A stretch of 64,000 nucleotides of DNA from Candidatus Poribacteria bacterium (GTDB lineage Bacteria > Poribacteria > WGA-4E > PCPOR2b), in the NCBI GenBank assembly GCA_965208675.1, contig OZ242351.1, forward strand, positions 1,408,001 to 1,472,000, written 5' to 3'. The notes under the pieces are model-generated. The model was given only the letters and a program-made list of their open reading frames with translations. It did not search any database and was not told where the DNA came from. Shown piece by piece: positions 49,507-60,272 of this stretch. Numbering within the stretch: position 1 is the stretch's first letter; the number at the start of each line of letters is the position of its first letter. Both the position numbers and the translations under genes were made by a program.

Positions 49507-50748
49507 ATGAAAAAATTCGTCATTCTCGAAATCGTCGTCATCATCACTTTTGTGATTGGAGTTTTCGTCGGGTATCTGTGGTTCAAACCGGACGATAGTT
49601 ATCAAAATTACTATAAAAGAGCCGACGCAGCATGGACAGAAGCTGAGAAATTGAATACGCCGCCCGTTACACTGGACGACCCTGATGTGGACCGTATCCG
49701 GAAGGTCAGAGCCGCATATCGGACCGTTTTTGATGATTACCCGGATAGCCGTTGGGCGGATGATGCGATGTACCACATGGCGGCGGAGATTGCACGAACT
49801 GACGAAGAGGCGTTCGTTCTCTACCGGCGTCTCATTAACGACTATTCGCACAGCGAATGGGCAGATGACTCGTTATACCTAATCGCCATGGGCTCGTATC
49901 GAACTGCGGAGAGTATTCGAACGGGAGGTAAGTCAGGTTCTGCAGACCTGCATTATGAACGCGCCTATGCCCTATTCTCGCAACTGATACGAGAATATCC
50001 CGGCAGCACGCTTGTCGATGAATCTCGTCTGAATTTAGAATTGTGCCATTACGGAAAAGGCAACTTAGAGCTGGCACTTGAAGGGCTCCGAAGAATAATA
50101 GAGGACTTTAGAGATAATTACGATCTCTACATCAGGATTGAATATCGGATTGGACACATATACACTGAAAAGCAAGATTACGACAACGCCCGAAAATATT
50201 TCGAAAGAGTCGTGTTGTCCGCGCATACGGAATTGTCGCCGCTTGCGAAGTTTGGCATCGCTCAAACGCAGTTTGCGGAAAAGAGATTTGAGGACGCAAT
50301 CAAGACATATCAAGATGTCATTGACTCCTACCCTGAATCAGAATCTGCTGAAGATGCCCATTTTTACATCGGTTGGGCTTTTGACAAGTTAGATAAGTAT
50401 GACGAAGCCATTATCCAGCTTGAGACAGCGATTGAGAAATATCCGCACAATGAGGCTACCCAGAACAACCAATTTTATGTGGCTCAGATTTATTTCAAAA
50501 AGAATGATGCAGATGGGGCAATTCAGGCGTACCGGAAGGTTGCTGACAACACCACCTTTGATTACGATGCGAGACGATCTGCACAATATTGGATTGGTTG
50601 GATTTATGAAGATACGGACGATGTTAATCAAGCTGTGATGGAGTATAAAAAACTGCTAAAGAACTTCCTAGAACCTCACCGCGTTGCGCGTCACCCATCG
50701 AATAACATCAGTGAGAACTATATCAAAGACTTGGAATCGCGCGAGTAG
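49507..50748 (+). CDS. Membrane-anchored TPR protein (BamD/YbgF-like repeats)
   Basis: N-terminal transmembrane segment; repeated YP.S..A..A.Y.I TPR units; AGGAG RBS before ATG 49507. Confidence 0.87.
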   Translation: MKKFVILEIVVIITFVIGVFVGYLWFKPDDSYQNYYKRADAAWTEAEKLNTPPVTLDDPDVDRIRKVRAAYRTVFDDYPDSRWADDAMYHMAAEIARTDEEAFVLYRRLINDYSHSEWADDSLYLIAMGSYRTAESIRTGGKSGSADLHYERAYALFSQLIREYPGSTLVDESRLNLELCHYGKGNLELALEGLRRIIEDFRDNYDLYIRIEYRIGHIYTEKQDYDNARKYFERVVLSAHTELSPLAKFGIAQTQFAEKRFEDAIKTYQDVIDSYPESESAEDAHFYIGWAFDKLDKYDEAIIQLETAIEKYPHNEATQNNQFYVAQIYFKKNDADGAIQAYRKVADNTTFDYDARRSAQYWIGWIYEDTDDVNQAVMEYKKLLKNFLEPHRVARHPSNNISENYIKDLESRE

Positions 50749-50908
50749 TGATTTTGCAAATACCTAGATTCATCTTGACCTTAAACTGGAAAACTGATAA
50801 GATTGAAAATCAGCACCGAATATTGTCCATGCGGACCACCGGAATACATTGGTTACCGACCGTTATGTCAACAGAAGTGAGCATACGAAAACAGCTAAAG
50901 GGGGCGCT

Positions 50909-52534
50909 ATGCGAAAACTCCGAATCGGGATTATCGACCTTGTGACAAAAGGTCCGACGAAAGCGTTGTGGGGGCGTGTGATGCACGCCAATTTTGCCAG
51001 CATTATGCCGCAAGTTATCGGCGCATGGTGCGAAGAAGAGGGGCACGATGTCACACTTGTATGCTATACGGGTTTTGAGAACCTTACGGAGGAGTTGCCA
51101 CAGGATGTTGATTTGGTCTTTATCGGTGCGTTTTCACAGGCTGGACAATTGGCGTATGCGTTAAGCAACTTGTTTCGGTCAAAAGGCGCTGTCACTGTAC
51201 TCGGAGGGCCCCACGCTCGTTGTTACCCGCAGGATGCACAAAAGTATTTTGACTACGTCCTCGGTTTCACTGATAAAGCATTGATTCATGATGTCCTGCG
51301 CGACTGTTCGCAGCACCGACCCGTCGGCGTGCACATCGCAGCCAAGCAGCAGCCAAGAACGCTACCGGGAGTCCGCGAACGATGGAAGTTTATCGAACAG
51401 ACGCTCCACAAAGCGCCGCTCATCAAGATTGTACCAATGATCGGCAGCCTCGGTTGTCCCTACACGTGTAGTTTCTGTATTGATTCGGTCGTACCATATC
51501 AGCAATTGAGTTTTGATGTCATCAAGGATGATTTGCGGTTCCTGATGCGGAAGTTTAGGCGGCCGCGTGTCGGTTGGCACGATCCAAACTTTGGCGTACG
51601 GTTCAACGATTATATGGATGCCATTGAGGAAGCGGTGCCGCCCGACAGCATAGATTTCATCGCTGAGAGCAGTCTCGCTCTCTTGTCAGAGCCGCATTTG
51701 AAGCGGCTCAAATACAACGGATTCAAAGCTATCTTGCCCGGAATTGAGTCGTGGTACGATATGGGGAATAAGTCGAAGACCGGTAAAACGAAAGGCATTG
51801 ACAAAGTCCGCCAGGTATCCGATCACGTTAATACCATGTTACGGTATATCCCGTACGTGCAAACGAACTTCGTGTTTGGCCTTGACGTTGACGAAGGCGC
51901 GGCACCCTTTGAACTTACAAAGCGATTTTTGGATATGACTCCGGGCGCGTTTCCCGCCTATTCGCTGATTTCGTCGTTTGGACAGGCTGCGCCGCTCAAT
52001 CTCGAATACCAGCGATCCAATCGTGTATTACCCTTCCCATTCCACTTCTTGAACAACAATCACGCGATGAACGTCAGGCCGAAGCACTATGTTTGGCCGG
52101 ATTTTTATGATCAGGTGGTCGATGTGAGCAAGCATTCGTTTTCACGCCATGCAATAATTAACCGTTATCGTGTAATTAAGGATACCATCCCGCGATGGTT
52201 GAACGTTGTCAGGGCTGTATCTTCAGAAGGATTTGGCCGAATTAAGTACTTCACGGAGGTGCGCCAACGGCTAGACGCAGATAAGCAGTTCCGATCCTAT
52301 TTCGAAGGCGAGACTACCGAACTTCCGCAGTTCTATGTAGATCGCGTACGCAAAGACCTTGGATCGCTGTGGGACTGGCTTCCGAAGGGGGGACTACATC
52401 ACGACCCCAACGCTTATCTTAAATCGGAGGTTATGCCGCTTCAAACGCCTTCTAACGTCAGAGATGCAATCCAAGCACACCATACCGCTTCCACGGACAT
52501 TAGCGGTGACGCCGCGAGCCTTGAAACCGCGTGA
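50909..52534 (+). CDS. B12-binding-domain radical SAM protein
   Basis: DLVFIG...VLGGPHA (B12-binding-like), GCPYTCSFC and GIES. ATG at 50909. Confidence 0.87.
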   Translation: MRKLRIGIIDLVTKGPTKALWGRVMHANFASIMPQVIGAWCEEEGHDVTLVCYTGFENLTEELPQDVDLVFIGAFSQAGQLAYALSNLFRSKGAVTVLGGPHARCYPQDAQKYFDYVLGFTDKALIHDVLRDCSQHRPVGVHIAAKQQPRTLPGVRERWKFIEQTLHKAPLIKIVPMIGSLGCPYTCSFCIDSVVPYQQLSFDVIKDDLRFLMRKFRRPRVGWHDPNFGVRFNDYMDAIEEAVPPDSIDFIAESSLALLSEPHLKRLKYNGFKAILPGIESWYDMGNKSKTGKTKGIDKVRQVSDHVNTMLRYIPYVQTNFVFGLDVDEGAAPFELTKRFLDMTPGAFPAYSLISSFGQAAPLNLEYQRSNRVLPFPFHFLNNNHAMNVRPKHYVWPDFYDQVVDVSKHSFSRHAIINRYRVIKDTIPRWLNVVRAVSSEGFGRIKYFTEVRQRLDADKQFRSYFEGETTELPQFYVDRVRKDLGSLWDWLPKGGLHHDPNAYLKSEVMPLQTPSNVRDAIQAHHTASTDISGDAASLETA

Positions 52535-52621
52535 GTTAACAGGTTAACCAAGAAGCGGCGCTGTATGTTGTAAAGGCACGCCAATTTCCGTACTGATGCA
52601 AGAATATGTGAACGCATCAGA

Positions 52622-53689
52622 TCAATCCACCCATGCAGTTTGGGGGTTCATGATATTGGGATCGTCATCCAGTGTGAATCTTTCAGCTTCGTTTGAATTC
52701 CAATCGTCATCACTGCTGCCTTCAAGTTCAAACCCCGCATCTTTTACCATCTGGTAAACTTTATTTTTCCGATCCCCCCGCGTTACGAGGTAACCATCGA
52801 CAAAAAGCGAGTTGGCTGGATAAAGCGCGATCGACTGGAGTCCACGTAGATGCCCTTCACGGCCGCCACCGATGCGAATCTCGGCAGTTGGATTGACGAA
52901 TCGGAACATACAGAGAATTCTCAAGCAGCGTTCCGGGGTCAACTGGTTGTAATCGTAGATTGGATTTCCGCCGATGGGGACTAGGAAATTGATTGGGATG
53001 GATGGGACTTTCATACGGCGAAGGGCATGAGCAACGTCCAGAATGTCTTCATCCGATTCGCCCATTCCAACTATCATACCGCTGCAGGTTTGCAAACCCG
53101 CCTCTATTGCCGCGTTTAGCGTATCGACCCGATCTTGGTAGGTGTGCGAACTGACAATGTTCGGCGTGTGTGTTTCGCTCGTATTCAGGTTGTGATTGAG
53201 ACGGTCCAACCCAGCCGCTTTGAGTATCTTCGCTTTTTCTAAATCGATAATTCCGACAGAAAGACAGGTTTTGATGCCAACTTCATGACTGATGCGCTTG
53301 ATAATATGAGCAAGTTGTTTCGTTCTTTTTTGGGTTGGCCCTCGACCACTGGACACCATGCAGTAGCGGTAGACTCCGCTCTCTTTAGCATCATGCGCCT
53401 CTTGAAGGATGTCATCTTCGCTTTTCATAGCGTACTGCTTAATTGGGGCTTTAGACACCTTAGATTGGCCGCAATACCCGCAATCTTCGGGACATAGTCC
53501 ATTTTGGATATTGTTGATTTTGTGAATTTTGACCTTTTTCCCGAAAGCGGCCATACGCACATCGCCCGCGGCGGCGGCCATGCGTAAAACATCGACACGC
53601 GGATCCGTCAGCATCGCCACCGTGTCCACCCGTGGGAATTCTGCGCCGCGAAGTGCCGTATTGGTCCATCTATCATAGTCAATGCTCAT
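52622..53689 (-). CDS. bioB: Biotin synthase
   Basis: CPEDCGYC, NHNLNTS, CSGMIVGMGE, IPINFL, GGRE, ANSLF..GYL. Confidence 0.95.
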   Translation of the reverse strand: MSIDYDRWTNTALRGAEFPRVDTVAMLTDPRVDVLRMAAAAGDVRMAAFGKKVKIHKINNIQNGLCPEDCGYCGQSKVSKAPIKQYAMKSEDDILQEAHDAKESGVYRYCMVSSGRGPTQKRTKQLAHIIKRISHEVGIKTCLSVGIIDLEKAKILKAAGLDRLNHNLNTSETHTPNIVSSHTYQDRVDTLNAAIEAGLQTCSGMIVGMGESDEDILDVAHALRRMKVPSIPINFLVPIGGNPIYDYNQLTPERCLRILCMFRFVNPTAEIRIGGGREGHLRGLQSIALYPANSLFVDGYLVTRGDRKNKVYQMVKDAGFELEGSSDDDWNSNEAERFTLDDDPNIMNPQTAWVD

Positions 53690-53895
53690 GACATGAGCCT
53701 CCTAACGCCGTCTGAAATTAATGCGATTGGTAATTTTACCATGTGTTTGAGAAGTGAGCAAGCGATAAAAGATACAATCCCGCAATAAAGCAGAAAACTG
53801 TATTAATGACGAATTTAAAATGTGGAGCCGATTCGAATAGGGCAAAGACATCGGGAATTACACGCTAGCATTACGTGTTGGCACCGAGAAAAAAA

Positions 53896-53924
53896 TTGCT
53901 TGTCATCCAGTGTCATGCTAAAAT
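53896..53924 (+). promoter_or_regulatory. Sigma70-type promoter upstream of the second leuB-family gene
   Basis: TTGCTT-N17-TAAAAT with an extended -10 TG. Confidence 0.55.
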
Positions 53925-54135
53925 ATAATTTGCACTAATGAATGTGACTTTAGAAGCACAACCGTTATTTCCTACGAACCTGTTTGAACAATACGTGTCG
54001 AAGCCATTTTTGCGCGTTTCAGTTGCTAATAACCGTTGGAACTTCTATCGCACGGCATTTTACAATCGCTTTCGCTAATCACCCAGTTGATTCTATTCAG
54101 CCGATTAATCCCACCAAATACCTTACTCCCGCATG

Positions 54136-54160
54136 GGGCGGAGCACGATGCCCCGCCTAC
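54136..54160 (-). repeat. GTAG-REP, family C
   Basis: Reverse complement GTAG-GCGGGGCA-TCG-TGCTCCGC-CC. Confidence 0.65.
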
Positions 54161-54268
54161 GGCGCATCGTGGTGCACTGAATAAAAGGAATTATCAAACA
54201 GGTTTTAAACGCAACTGAGGCCGCACTACCGTATAGCAACCACTCAACATCATCATCGGAGGAATTCA

Positions 54269-55327
54269 ATGTATAAAATTGGCTTAATTCCCGGCGACGG
54301 AATTGGTCCCGAAATTACGCGAGAAGCCATGAAGGTCGTCGGGGCAGCAGCCGAAAAAACTAACTTTCAGTACGAAACCGTTGAATACGACTTTGGCGGC
54401 GACCGTTATCTTGAGACGGGCGAAATCCTGCCGGACTCTGCGCTAAATGAGTTTCGACAGATGGACGCAATTTTTTTAGGAGCGATTGGACACCCGGATG
54501 TTCAGCCGGGGATATTGGAGAAAGGAATCTTATTAAGAACCCGTTTTGAGTTGGATTTGTACATCAACCTACGTCCCGTAAAGCTGTACCCAGGGGTGTG
54601 GACACCCATTAAGGACAAAAGGCCGGAAGATATCGATTTCGTCATCGTTCGTGAGAACACGGAGGGATTATACGTTGGAGGGGGCGGCTTCTTGAAACAG
54701 GGAACGGCAGATGAAGTGGCGATTCAAGAGCTCATTGCCACACGCAAAGGAACGGAACGCTGTATCCGCTACGCATTTGAGTTGGCAAGGAAAAGGAATA
54801 AATCGAAGAAGTTGACGTCATGCGATAAAGCAAATGTACTTACCTATGCGCACGATCTCTGGCGCCGCGTATTTGAGGAAGTTTCCGTTGAATATCCCGA
54901 CATTGAAACAGAATTCGCGTTCGTTGATGCGACAACGATGTGGATGGTGAAGAACCCCGAATGGTTCGATGTCATTGTTACATGCAACATGTTTGGAGAC
55001 ATTATTACAGACCTTGGCGCGATGATTCAAGGCGGAATGGGCGTCGCCGCATCCGGGAATCTCCACCCCGGGAGCATGGCCATGTTTGAACCCATCCACG
55101 GGTCCGCGCCGCGCTACACCAACAAGAACCAAATCAACCCCATCGCAGCGATTTTTGCGGCGGGTATGATGCTCGAATATTTAGGGGAAACCGAAGCGGC
55201 TGGATTAGTCGATCGAGCGGCGAGCGACCTTCTTGGGAGCAATAAGCTCCGCGATCTCGCCGCCGGAAAAATGGGATATACAACCTCCCAAGTCGGCGAC
55301 ATGATTGCCGATTCCGTGTCGGCATGA
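54269..55327 (+). CDS. leuB: 3-isopropylmalate dehydrogenase family (short type)
   Basis: [58 protein letters not shown]. Confidence 0.85.
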   Translation: MYKIGLIPGDGIGPEITREAMKVVGAAAEKTNFQYETVEYDFGGDRYLETGEILPDSALNEFRQMDAIFLGAIGHPDVQPGILEKGILLRTRFELDLYINLRPVKLYPGVWTPIKDKRPEDIDFVIVRENTEGLYVGGGGFLKQGTADEVAIQELIATRKGTERCIRYAFELARKRNKSKKLTSCDKANVLTYAHDLWRRVFEEVSVEYPDIETEFAFVDATTMWMVKNPEWFDVIVTCNMFGDIITDLGAMIQGGMGVAASGNLHPGSMAMFEPIHGSAPRYTNKNQINPIAAIFAAGMMLEYLGETEAAGLVDRAASDLLGSNKLRDLAAGKMGYTTSQVGDMIADSVSA

Positions 55328-55399
55328 AACTTGGCGGAGGTTACGGGGGAAGATAGTATAGATTCCAATTACTCTTATATTTGGCAGGAGATTCCCCTC

Positions 55400-56353
55400 A
55401 TGAGACAACTTTCCTACGTCTGCATTTTCATACTCATGCCGCTAAGTATCCCCGTAACACACGGGAATACCAGCACAGGTTGGAACACGCTAGATACGAC
55501 ACATTTCCGAATCCATTATCAATCTCATGCTAAATCTGCGCAAGAGGTTGCCGACATCGCCGAAAATTTCTATTCACAGCTAGATCGCTTGATTAACGGC
55601 ATGGCGATCGGGAAAATAGAGATTTGGATTTGCGATACGGAAGCACAGTTCCAATCGGCTGTGCACGCACCGATCCATGACTGGGCAATCGGTTGCGCCT
55701 TCCCGGTGAGCCGGCGTATTGTCATCCAGAACCCGCGTGTCATCATTGAACGAAAGTTCCAATTGTCGCAAATCGTCCGCCATGAAATTGTGCACGTTGT
55801 TTTTGGACAGCGCACGCAAAAGGCGATGAAATCCATTCCTTTGTGGTTTGTGGAAGGAATTGCGATGTATTTGTCGGAGGAATGGACACCTAATCATCAC
55901 AATCTCTTGCTCAAAAATATATTCTCAAACTCGATTATCTCACTATCAAATCTCGCCTCGGCATTTCCTCGGACCGAAATTCAGGCTCAACTTGCGTACG
56001 CGGAAAGCTTGAACGCCGTTGCGTGGCTCGTGGAACTAAGAGGAATTGATGCGTTGTGGGAGATCATCGCACGACTTGAAAGCGGTGATGATTTGAACAC
56101 CGCTTTTGAACAAACAGTCGGTTGGAATCTGAACACATTTGATTCAGAATGGCGCGCATCGCTTCCGCGGCGTTACCACCGAGCGGCGATTTTTGCCAAC
56201 CCTTATATCCTTTGGGGCGTTATTACGACGATATTCGTCCTGATTTTTCTCTACCGACGGAAACTCTTGCGGCAACGACTTGCTGAACTTAATCGCGAGG
56301 AGTCCGAGATTGATCCGTTTTTTGAGCCGGACAGAGATTCCACAAATGACTAA
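55400..56353 (+). CDS. Peptidase MA-like zinc metalloprotease domain protein, membrane-anchored
   Basis: Signal peptide, HEIVH...PLWFVEGIA.Y, LAYAES and a C-terminal transmembrane segment; AGGAG RBS before ATG 55400. Confidence 0.85.
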   Translation: MRQLSYVCIFILMPLSIPVTHGNTSTGWNTLDTTHFRIHYQSHAKSAQEVADIAENFYSQLDRLINGMAIGKIEIWICDTEAQFQSAVHAPIHDWAIGCAFPVSRRIVIQNPRVIIERKFQLSQIVRHEIVHVVFGQRTQKAMKSIPLWFVEGIAMYLSEEWTPNHHNLLLKNIFSNSIISLSNLASAFPRTEIQAQLAYAESLNAVAWLVELRGIDALWEIIARLESGDDLNTAFEQTVGWNLNTFDSEWRASLPRRYHRAAIFANPYILWGVITTIFVLIFLYRRKLLRQRLAELNREESEIDPFFEPDRDSTND

Positions 56354-56611
56354 ACGCCAGTCCTGCGAGTAAGATTGCCCAACCTCACCTTGCATCCTAG
56401 AGATTGCGGCCGTTGTCAACGGAAGTTAGCGCCGGAATTTTTGCTTTTCCTGCGTAGTATTCAGTCATTCTCAACGGAAAATCAATAACGCGAATTTCGG
56501 GGGCGGGTAGTCTGACGGACGTTTGGTACACAAAATTGCGTGCGAATTTGTATGAACGCGTGCTTGCGCCAGAAGGAGTAAAAATGTTCCGAGTTTGTGC
56601 GCGCCATAAAC

Positions 56612-57073
56612 TTACATTGCGTCGAAGAAGTCGATTAAATCCTTGCCGTGCACAGCCGCGTTTACCTGCGTGTCGAGTTTGACAATGGTTCCAGCTTTAT
56701 CAATTACAACGGTCATTCGGCTGCTCATGCCGTCCGGTTGGTCAGTCGCACCGAATAGCAAACTGAGCGTGCGGTCCGTGTCTACAAGAAGCGGAAAGCC
56801 CAAGCCGTAGCGTTGCGCAAACCTTCTGTGAATCTCGGCGTCCTGCACGCTAACACCGAAAACCTGTACATCGCGTGCTGAAAATTGGCTCGACTCATCC
56901 CGGAGTGAGCACACCTCAGCCGTTCACCCACTGGTGAAGTCTTTCGGATAAAACGCCAGCACGACATTTTTACTCCCAACGTAATCGCGCAGGCGATGAA
57001 CAACGCCGTCCGCATCTTCCATCTCAATGTCTGGCGCATCCATACCAACTTCCAACGATTTAACGTCTGTCAT
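56612..57073 (-). CDS. bcp: Selenocysteine-containing peroxiredoxin (BCP/PrxQ family), 153 aa, U50
   Basis: ATG 57073 with AGGAG RBS. MTDVKSLEVGMDAPDI...VVLAFYPKDFTSG-TGA(56926-56924)-TAEVCSLRD...GVSVQ...FPLLVD...RMTVVID. The TGA occupies the peroxidatic PxxxTxxC position. Confidence 0.9.
56887..56921 (-). promoter_or_regulatory. Candidate bacterial SECIS element
   Basis: Directly 3' of the TGA: GGCT/AGCC lower stem, GCTCA/TGAGT upper stem, and a G-containing apical loop (CTCCGGGA) about 20 nt from the UGA. Confidence 0.6.
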
Positions 57074-57423
57074 CTAATTCTCCTGTGTTTTTGCGGGTTA
57101 ATTTGAGCCGGCATTATATCAAACCGCACCGCGCCCGTCAAGACCGATTCAAAACGCACAACCGTAATACGCTGTTACTCATGGAGGAGCATCCGTAGAT
57201 TCTCCGGTTGTGCGCGCTACACTGCGAAACCGGATTGTTGCGTTGGGATTGAAGCCGAAATTGAGTAGACACAATCCACGAAAAAGTGTAGAATAATCGG
57301 CACGGTTAGAAGCGAGACTGTCGTGTAAATCCCGCATTGTGCAGCATTCCCGGTTATTAATCCGAAATGCTTCAATTGGACTAATTCGTTTGATGTTTGA
57401 TAAAGAATCAAACAGAGGTTATC

Positions 57424-57624
57424 GTGTATACCAAAATATTTGCAATATCGGGTGGTTATTTTCGCAGCATATCTAAAACGGCATTGTGCTTGCAAGAGGA
57501 AATTAATGCTTGGCTAGCGGTAAATCCAGGAATCGAAATTTTAGATATAAAGCAATCTTCATCCGGTGGAAGTGCAGAGCCAACCAAAATAATTATCTCT
57601 ATATGGTATAAACTAGATGTCTAA
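57424..57624 (+). CDS. Small hypothetical protein, Cse60-like pattern
   Basis: GAGG RBS and GTG start; KIF...LQEEINAWL....I.ILDIKQS.......ISIWY. Confidence 0.55.
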   Translation: MYTKIFAISGGYFRSISKTALCLQEEINAWLAVNPGIEILDIKQSSSGGSAEPTKIIISIWYKLDV

Positions 57625-57693
57625 TGACGGTTTGCGCGCGAATACCTCAATTCGTCGTTATTGCTTGCTACCTGCGTGTTAGATGGATATTGA

Positions 57694-58986
57694 ATGATGG
57701 AACATAAGCATACCTTTACTAACCGTTTTTCACGCATAGGTTATACGCGGCGGCGGTTCCTTGCAGTTTTAGGTAAAGGGGCCGCGCTGGCGGGCGTGGG
57801 CGTTTTTGGCGCCGGTTCGGATGCTGCCGCGCGAGGATTGTTTGGCAGAGGACTCATCCCCAGCGCTTGGGGGGAGACTGCACAGAATTTACTCCCGAAA
57901 CCGGATATGATTGTTCACGCGCAGAATCCATTTAACGGTGAGTTTCCGCCGCACCTGCTTGACGCGGACGTAACGCCCACTTTTCGGCATTTCGTGCGCA
58001 ACAACAGCAGCATACCGAAACGCGCCAAGTGCGGCGATTTAGAAGGTTGGAAATTGACGATTGACGGGGAGGTTCATAGAAAACTCATGCTCTCGATGGA
58101 CGACCTAATGCGTTTCCCAAACGTGACAGCGCATACGGTGGTGGAATGTGCAGGAAATGGCAGGAGTCTATTCACACCGAAAGTTGACGGAACGCAGTGG
58201 ATTCGCGGTGCGGTCGGCTGCAGCGAATGGACCGGGGTGCGTTTACACGATGTCTTGAAAGCCGCGGGCTTAAAAAATACCGCCGTTTACACCGGAAACT
58301 ACGGCGAAGACCTACCGGTCGATTCGGGGGAAGCGTTTTCTCGGGGGATTCCGATTGAGAAGGCAATGGATGAGCACACGTTGATTGCTTTCAAGATGAA
58401 CGGGGAGGATTTGCCGGCGGCACACGGATTTCCTGCGAGACTGATTGTGCCGGGTTGGATTGGCAGTGCGATGCAGAAGTGGTTGAACCGCATATCGATT
58501 AGAGATCGAGTTCATGACACAAAGAAAATGAGCGGGTACTCATACCGCATACCGACACATCCGCCGGTTCCGGGAAGCACACCGCCCGAAAACGTGATGG
58601 AAATTACCACGTCAGGGTTAATCAAGTCGCTCATCACCAGACCTAAATCGAACACCGCCTCGGACACCAATAGACTGGAAATCAGTGCGGGGTCGCCTAT
58701 TCAGGTTGGGGGCCACGCATGGTCGGGAGAGAACAAAGTCGATAAAGTTTATATTTCAATTGATTACGGCATCAAGTGGCAAGAGGCCAGGTTGATCCAA
58801 CCGTCGAATCAGTACGCTTGGTATCATTGGGAGACTGAAACCGCTTTTGAGAAAAGAGGATATTATGAAATATGGGCGCGAGCGTTTGACGATAAAGGCA
58901 ACGCACAACCTTTCAGGCAACCTTGGAACCCCAAAGGATACCTCGGAAATGTTATTCATAGGGTACCTGTTTTTGTCGATTCGTAA
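57694..58986 (+). CDS. Tat-exported sulfite oxidase family molybdoenzyme (SorT/SoxC-like)
   Basis: TRRRFL Tat motif, FVRN, ECAGN.R, WTGV.L, HGFP.RL.VPGW.G...KWL and a C-terminal Ig-like dimerisation domain ending WN.KGY. Confidence 0.92.
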   Translation: MMEHKHTFTNRFSRIGYTRRRFLAVLGKGAALAGVGVFGAGSDAAARGLFGRGLIPSAWGETAQNLLPKPDMIVHAQNPFNGEFPPHLLDADVTPTFRHFVRNNSSIPKRAKCGDLEGWKLTIDGEVHRKLMLSMDDLMRFPNVTAHTVVECAGNGRSLFTPKVDGTQWIRGAVGCSEWTGVRLHDVLKAAGLKNTAVYTGNYGEDLPVDSGEAFSRGIPIEKAMDEHTLIAFKMNGEDLPAAHGFPARLIVPGWIGSAMQKWLNRISIRDRVHDTKKMSGYSYRIPTHPPVPGSTPPENVMEITTSGLIKSLITRPKSNTASDTNRLEISAGSPIQVGGHAWSGENKVDKVYISIDYGIKWQEARLIQPSNQYAWYHWETETAFEKRGYYEIWARAFDDKGNAQPFRQPWNPKGYLGNVIHRVPVFVDS

Positions 58987-59372
58987 GCACAGTTTTACTG
59001 TCGCCATGCCGGATTCGTTGCTGGACCCTATTACCAGGAAAAGCATTCCCCAAATTCGAAACTCCCGACCAACCTAACCCAAGTTGCAAATTTAAGGCAA
59101 CACAATAGGCTAATCCCGCAGCGAACAATAATTCTGTACAAATGGGTTTCTCTGGCGAAGGCTTTTTCCGACGTGAGCAACAGCCCCAACAATAATCAAG
59201 AGAATAATTGAAGCACCTTCCTAGGCGTTGCCACCGACCGCGCACCCGCCGAGTTCAATCACCTTCTCAAGCCGTATCCCGCCTATGAGATGGCAGTCTA
59301 CTCTGTTTCGTTTATGACCGCCGAAAAACGATACTGTGACGATGTGATTAGGTCAAATCGGAGACAATCACG

Positions 59373-60272
59373 TTGAAGCGGAGAAGCCAACCGACATTTA
59401 CTGAAGCAATTGAGCCCTTGGATTCAGCGGAGCGGCTGCCTGCGTTCGCCGGTAGGTTTTATCCATATTCGCCAGAGGATTTGTCCGCGCAAGTACAGGG
59501 TTTCATTGACAGTGCGGAACCAAGATTGATAGATGGTGAACTCTTCGGGCTTATCTCGCCCCATGCGGGGTACCCATATTCTGGCCATGTTGCTGGCCAC
59601 GCCTACAAGCAGTTGGCGGGAAAATCTTTCGATTCCGTAGTTCTGATCGGTTTGAGCCACCGCCATCCGGTGCACGGTTCGGCAATCTACGCCGGCGGCC
59701 GGTTCCGAACGCCACTTGGGAAGATTGAGATTGACGACGAGTTAGCGAGTGAGATTTTGCGACGAAACCGGAGGGCATTCAATTTGCCCGAAGCACATGC
59801 CCGCGAGCACTGTTTGGAGGTACAGCTGCCGTTTTTGCAAAGTGCGCTTGCCGAATTCCGCATCGTCCCTATCCTGCTGCAAGACGATTCGCCCGAAAAT
59901 GTCGTCCCTTTGGGCGAGGCGATCGCCGAGGCGATGCGCGGCCGTTCTGCACTATTGGTTTGTAGTACGGATCTCTGCCACTACCCGTCGTATGATGAGG
60001 CAGTGAAGTCAGATCATGTGGTCATTGAGGCAATACAGCGCTTCAACGCTGATGAGTTACGCAAACAGATGGCGGACTATCTGCGAACTCACGCTGCGTC
60101 GGGACTCTACTGCATGATGTGCAGCACTGGCGCGGTTTATGCGACTTTGGAAGCGGCGAGACGACTCGGTGGAGCACGGATAGAGGTGCACAAGGCCGCA
60201 AATTCGGGAGATGTTCCCGGCGGACGAAGGGATCAGGTAGTCGGTTATATGGCGGCTGCTATCTATTGTTGA
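59373..60272 (+). CDS. MEMO1-family protein (AmmeMemoRadiSam system protein B)
   Basis: AG.FYP, SPHAGY.YSG, TPLG, EH.LEVQLPFL, STDL.HY, VVGY.A. Confidence 0.92.
   Translation: MKRRSQPTFTEAIEPLDSAERLPAFAGRFYPYSPEDLSAQVQGFIDSAEPRLIDGELFGLISPHAGYPYSGHVAGHAYKQLAGKSFDSVVLIGLSHRHPVHGSAIYAGGRFRTPLGKIEIDDELASEILRRNRRAFNLPEAHAREHCLEVQLPFLQSALAEFRIVPILLQDDSPENVVPLGEAIAEAMRGRSALLVCSTDLCHYPSYDEAVKSDHVVIEAIQRFNADELRKQMADYLRTHAASGLYCMMCSTGAVYATLEAARRLGGARIEVHKAANSGDVPGGRRDQVVGYMAAAIYC

Noticed and set aside
53938-54078. 46-codon ORF (MNVTLEAQPLF...) as a leucine attenuator leader for the second leuB
   Set aside because: No Leu run, no RBS and no terminator with a U-tract. The downstream hairpin is explained by a GTAG-REP.
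56782-57048. 88-aa ORF, and the 100-aa 56612..56914 ORF, as separate genes or a pseudogene
   Set aside because: The first is an out-of-frame shadow. The second is the C-terminal part of the Sec peroxiredoxin.
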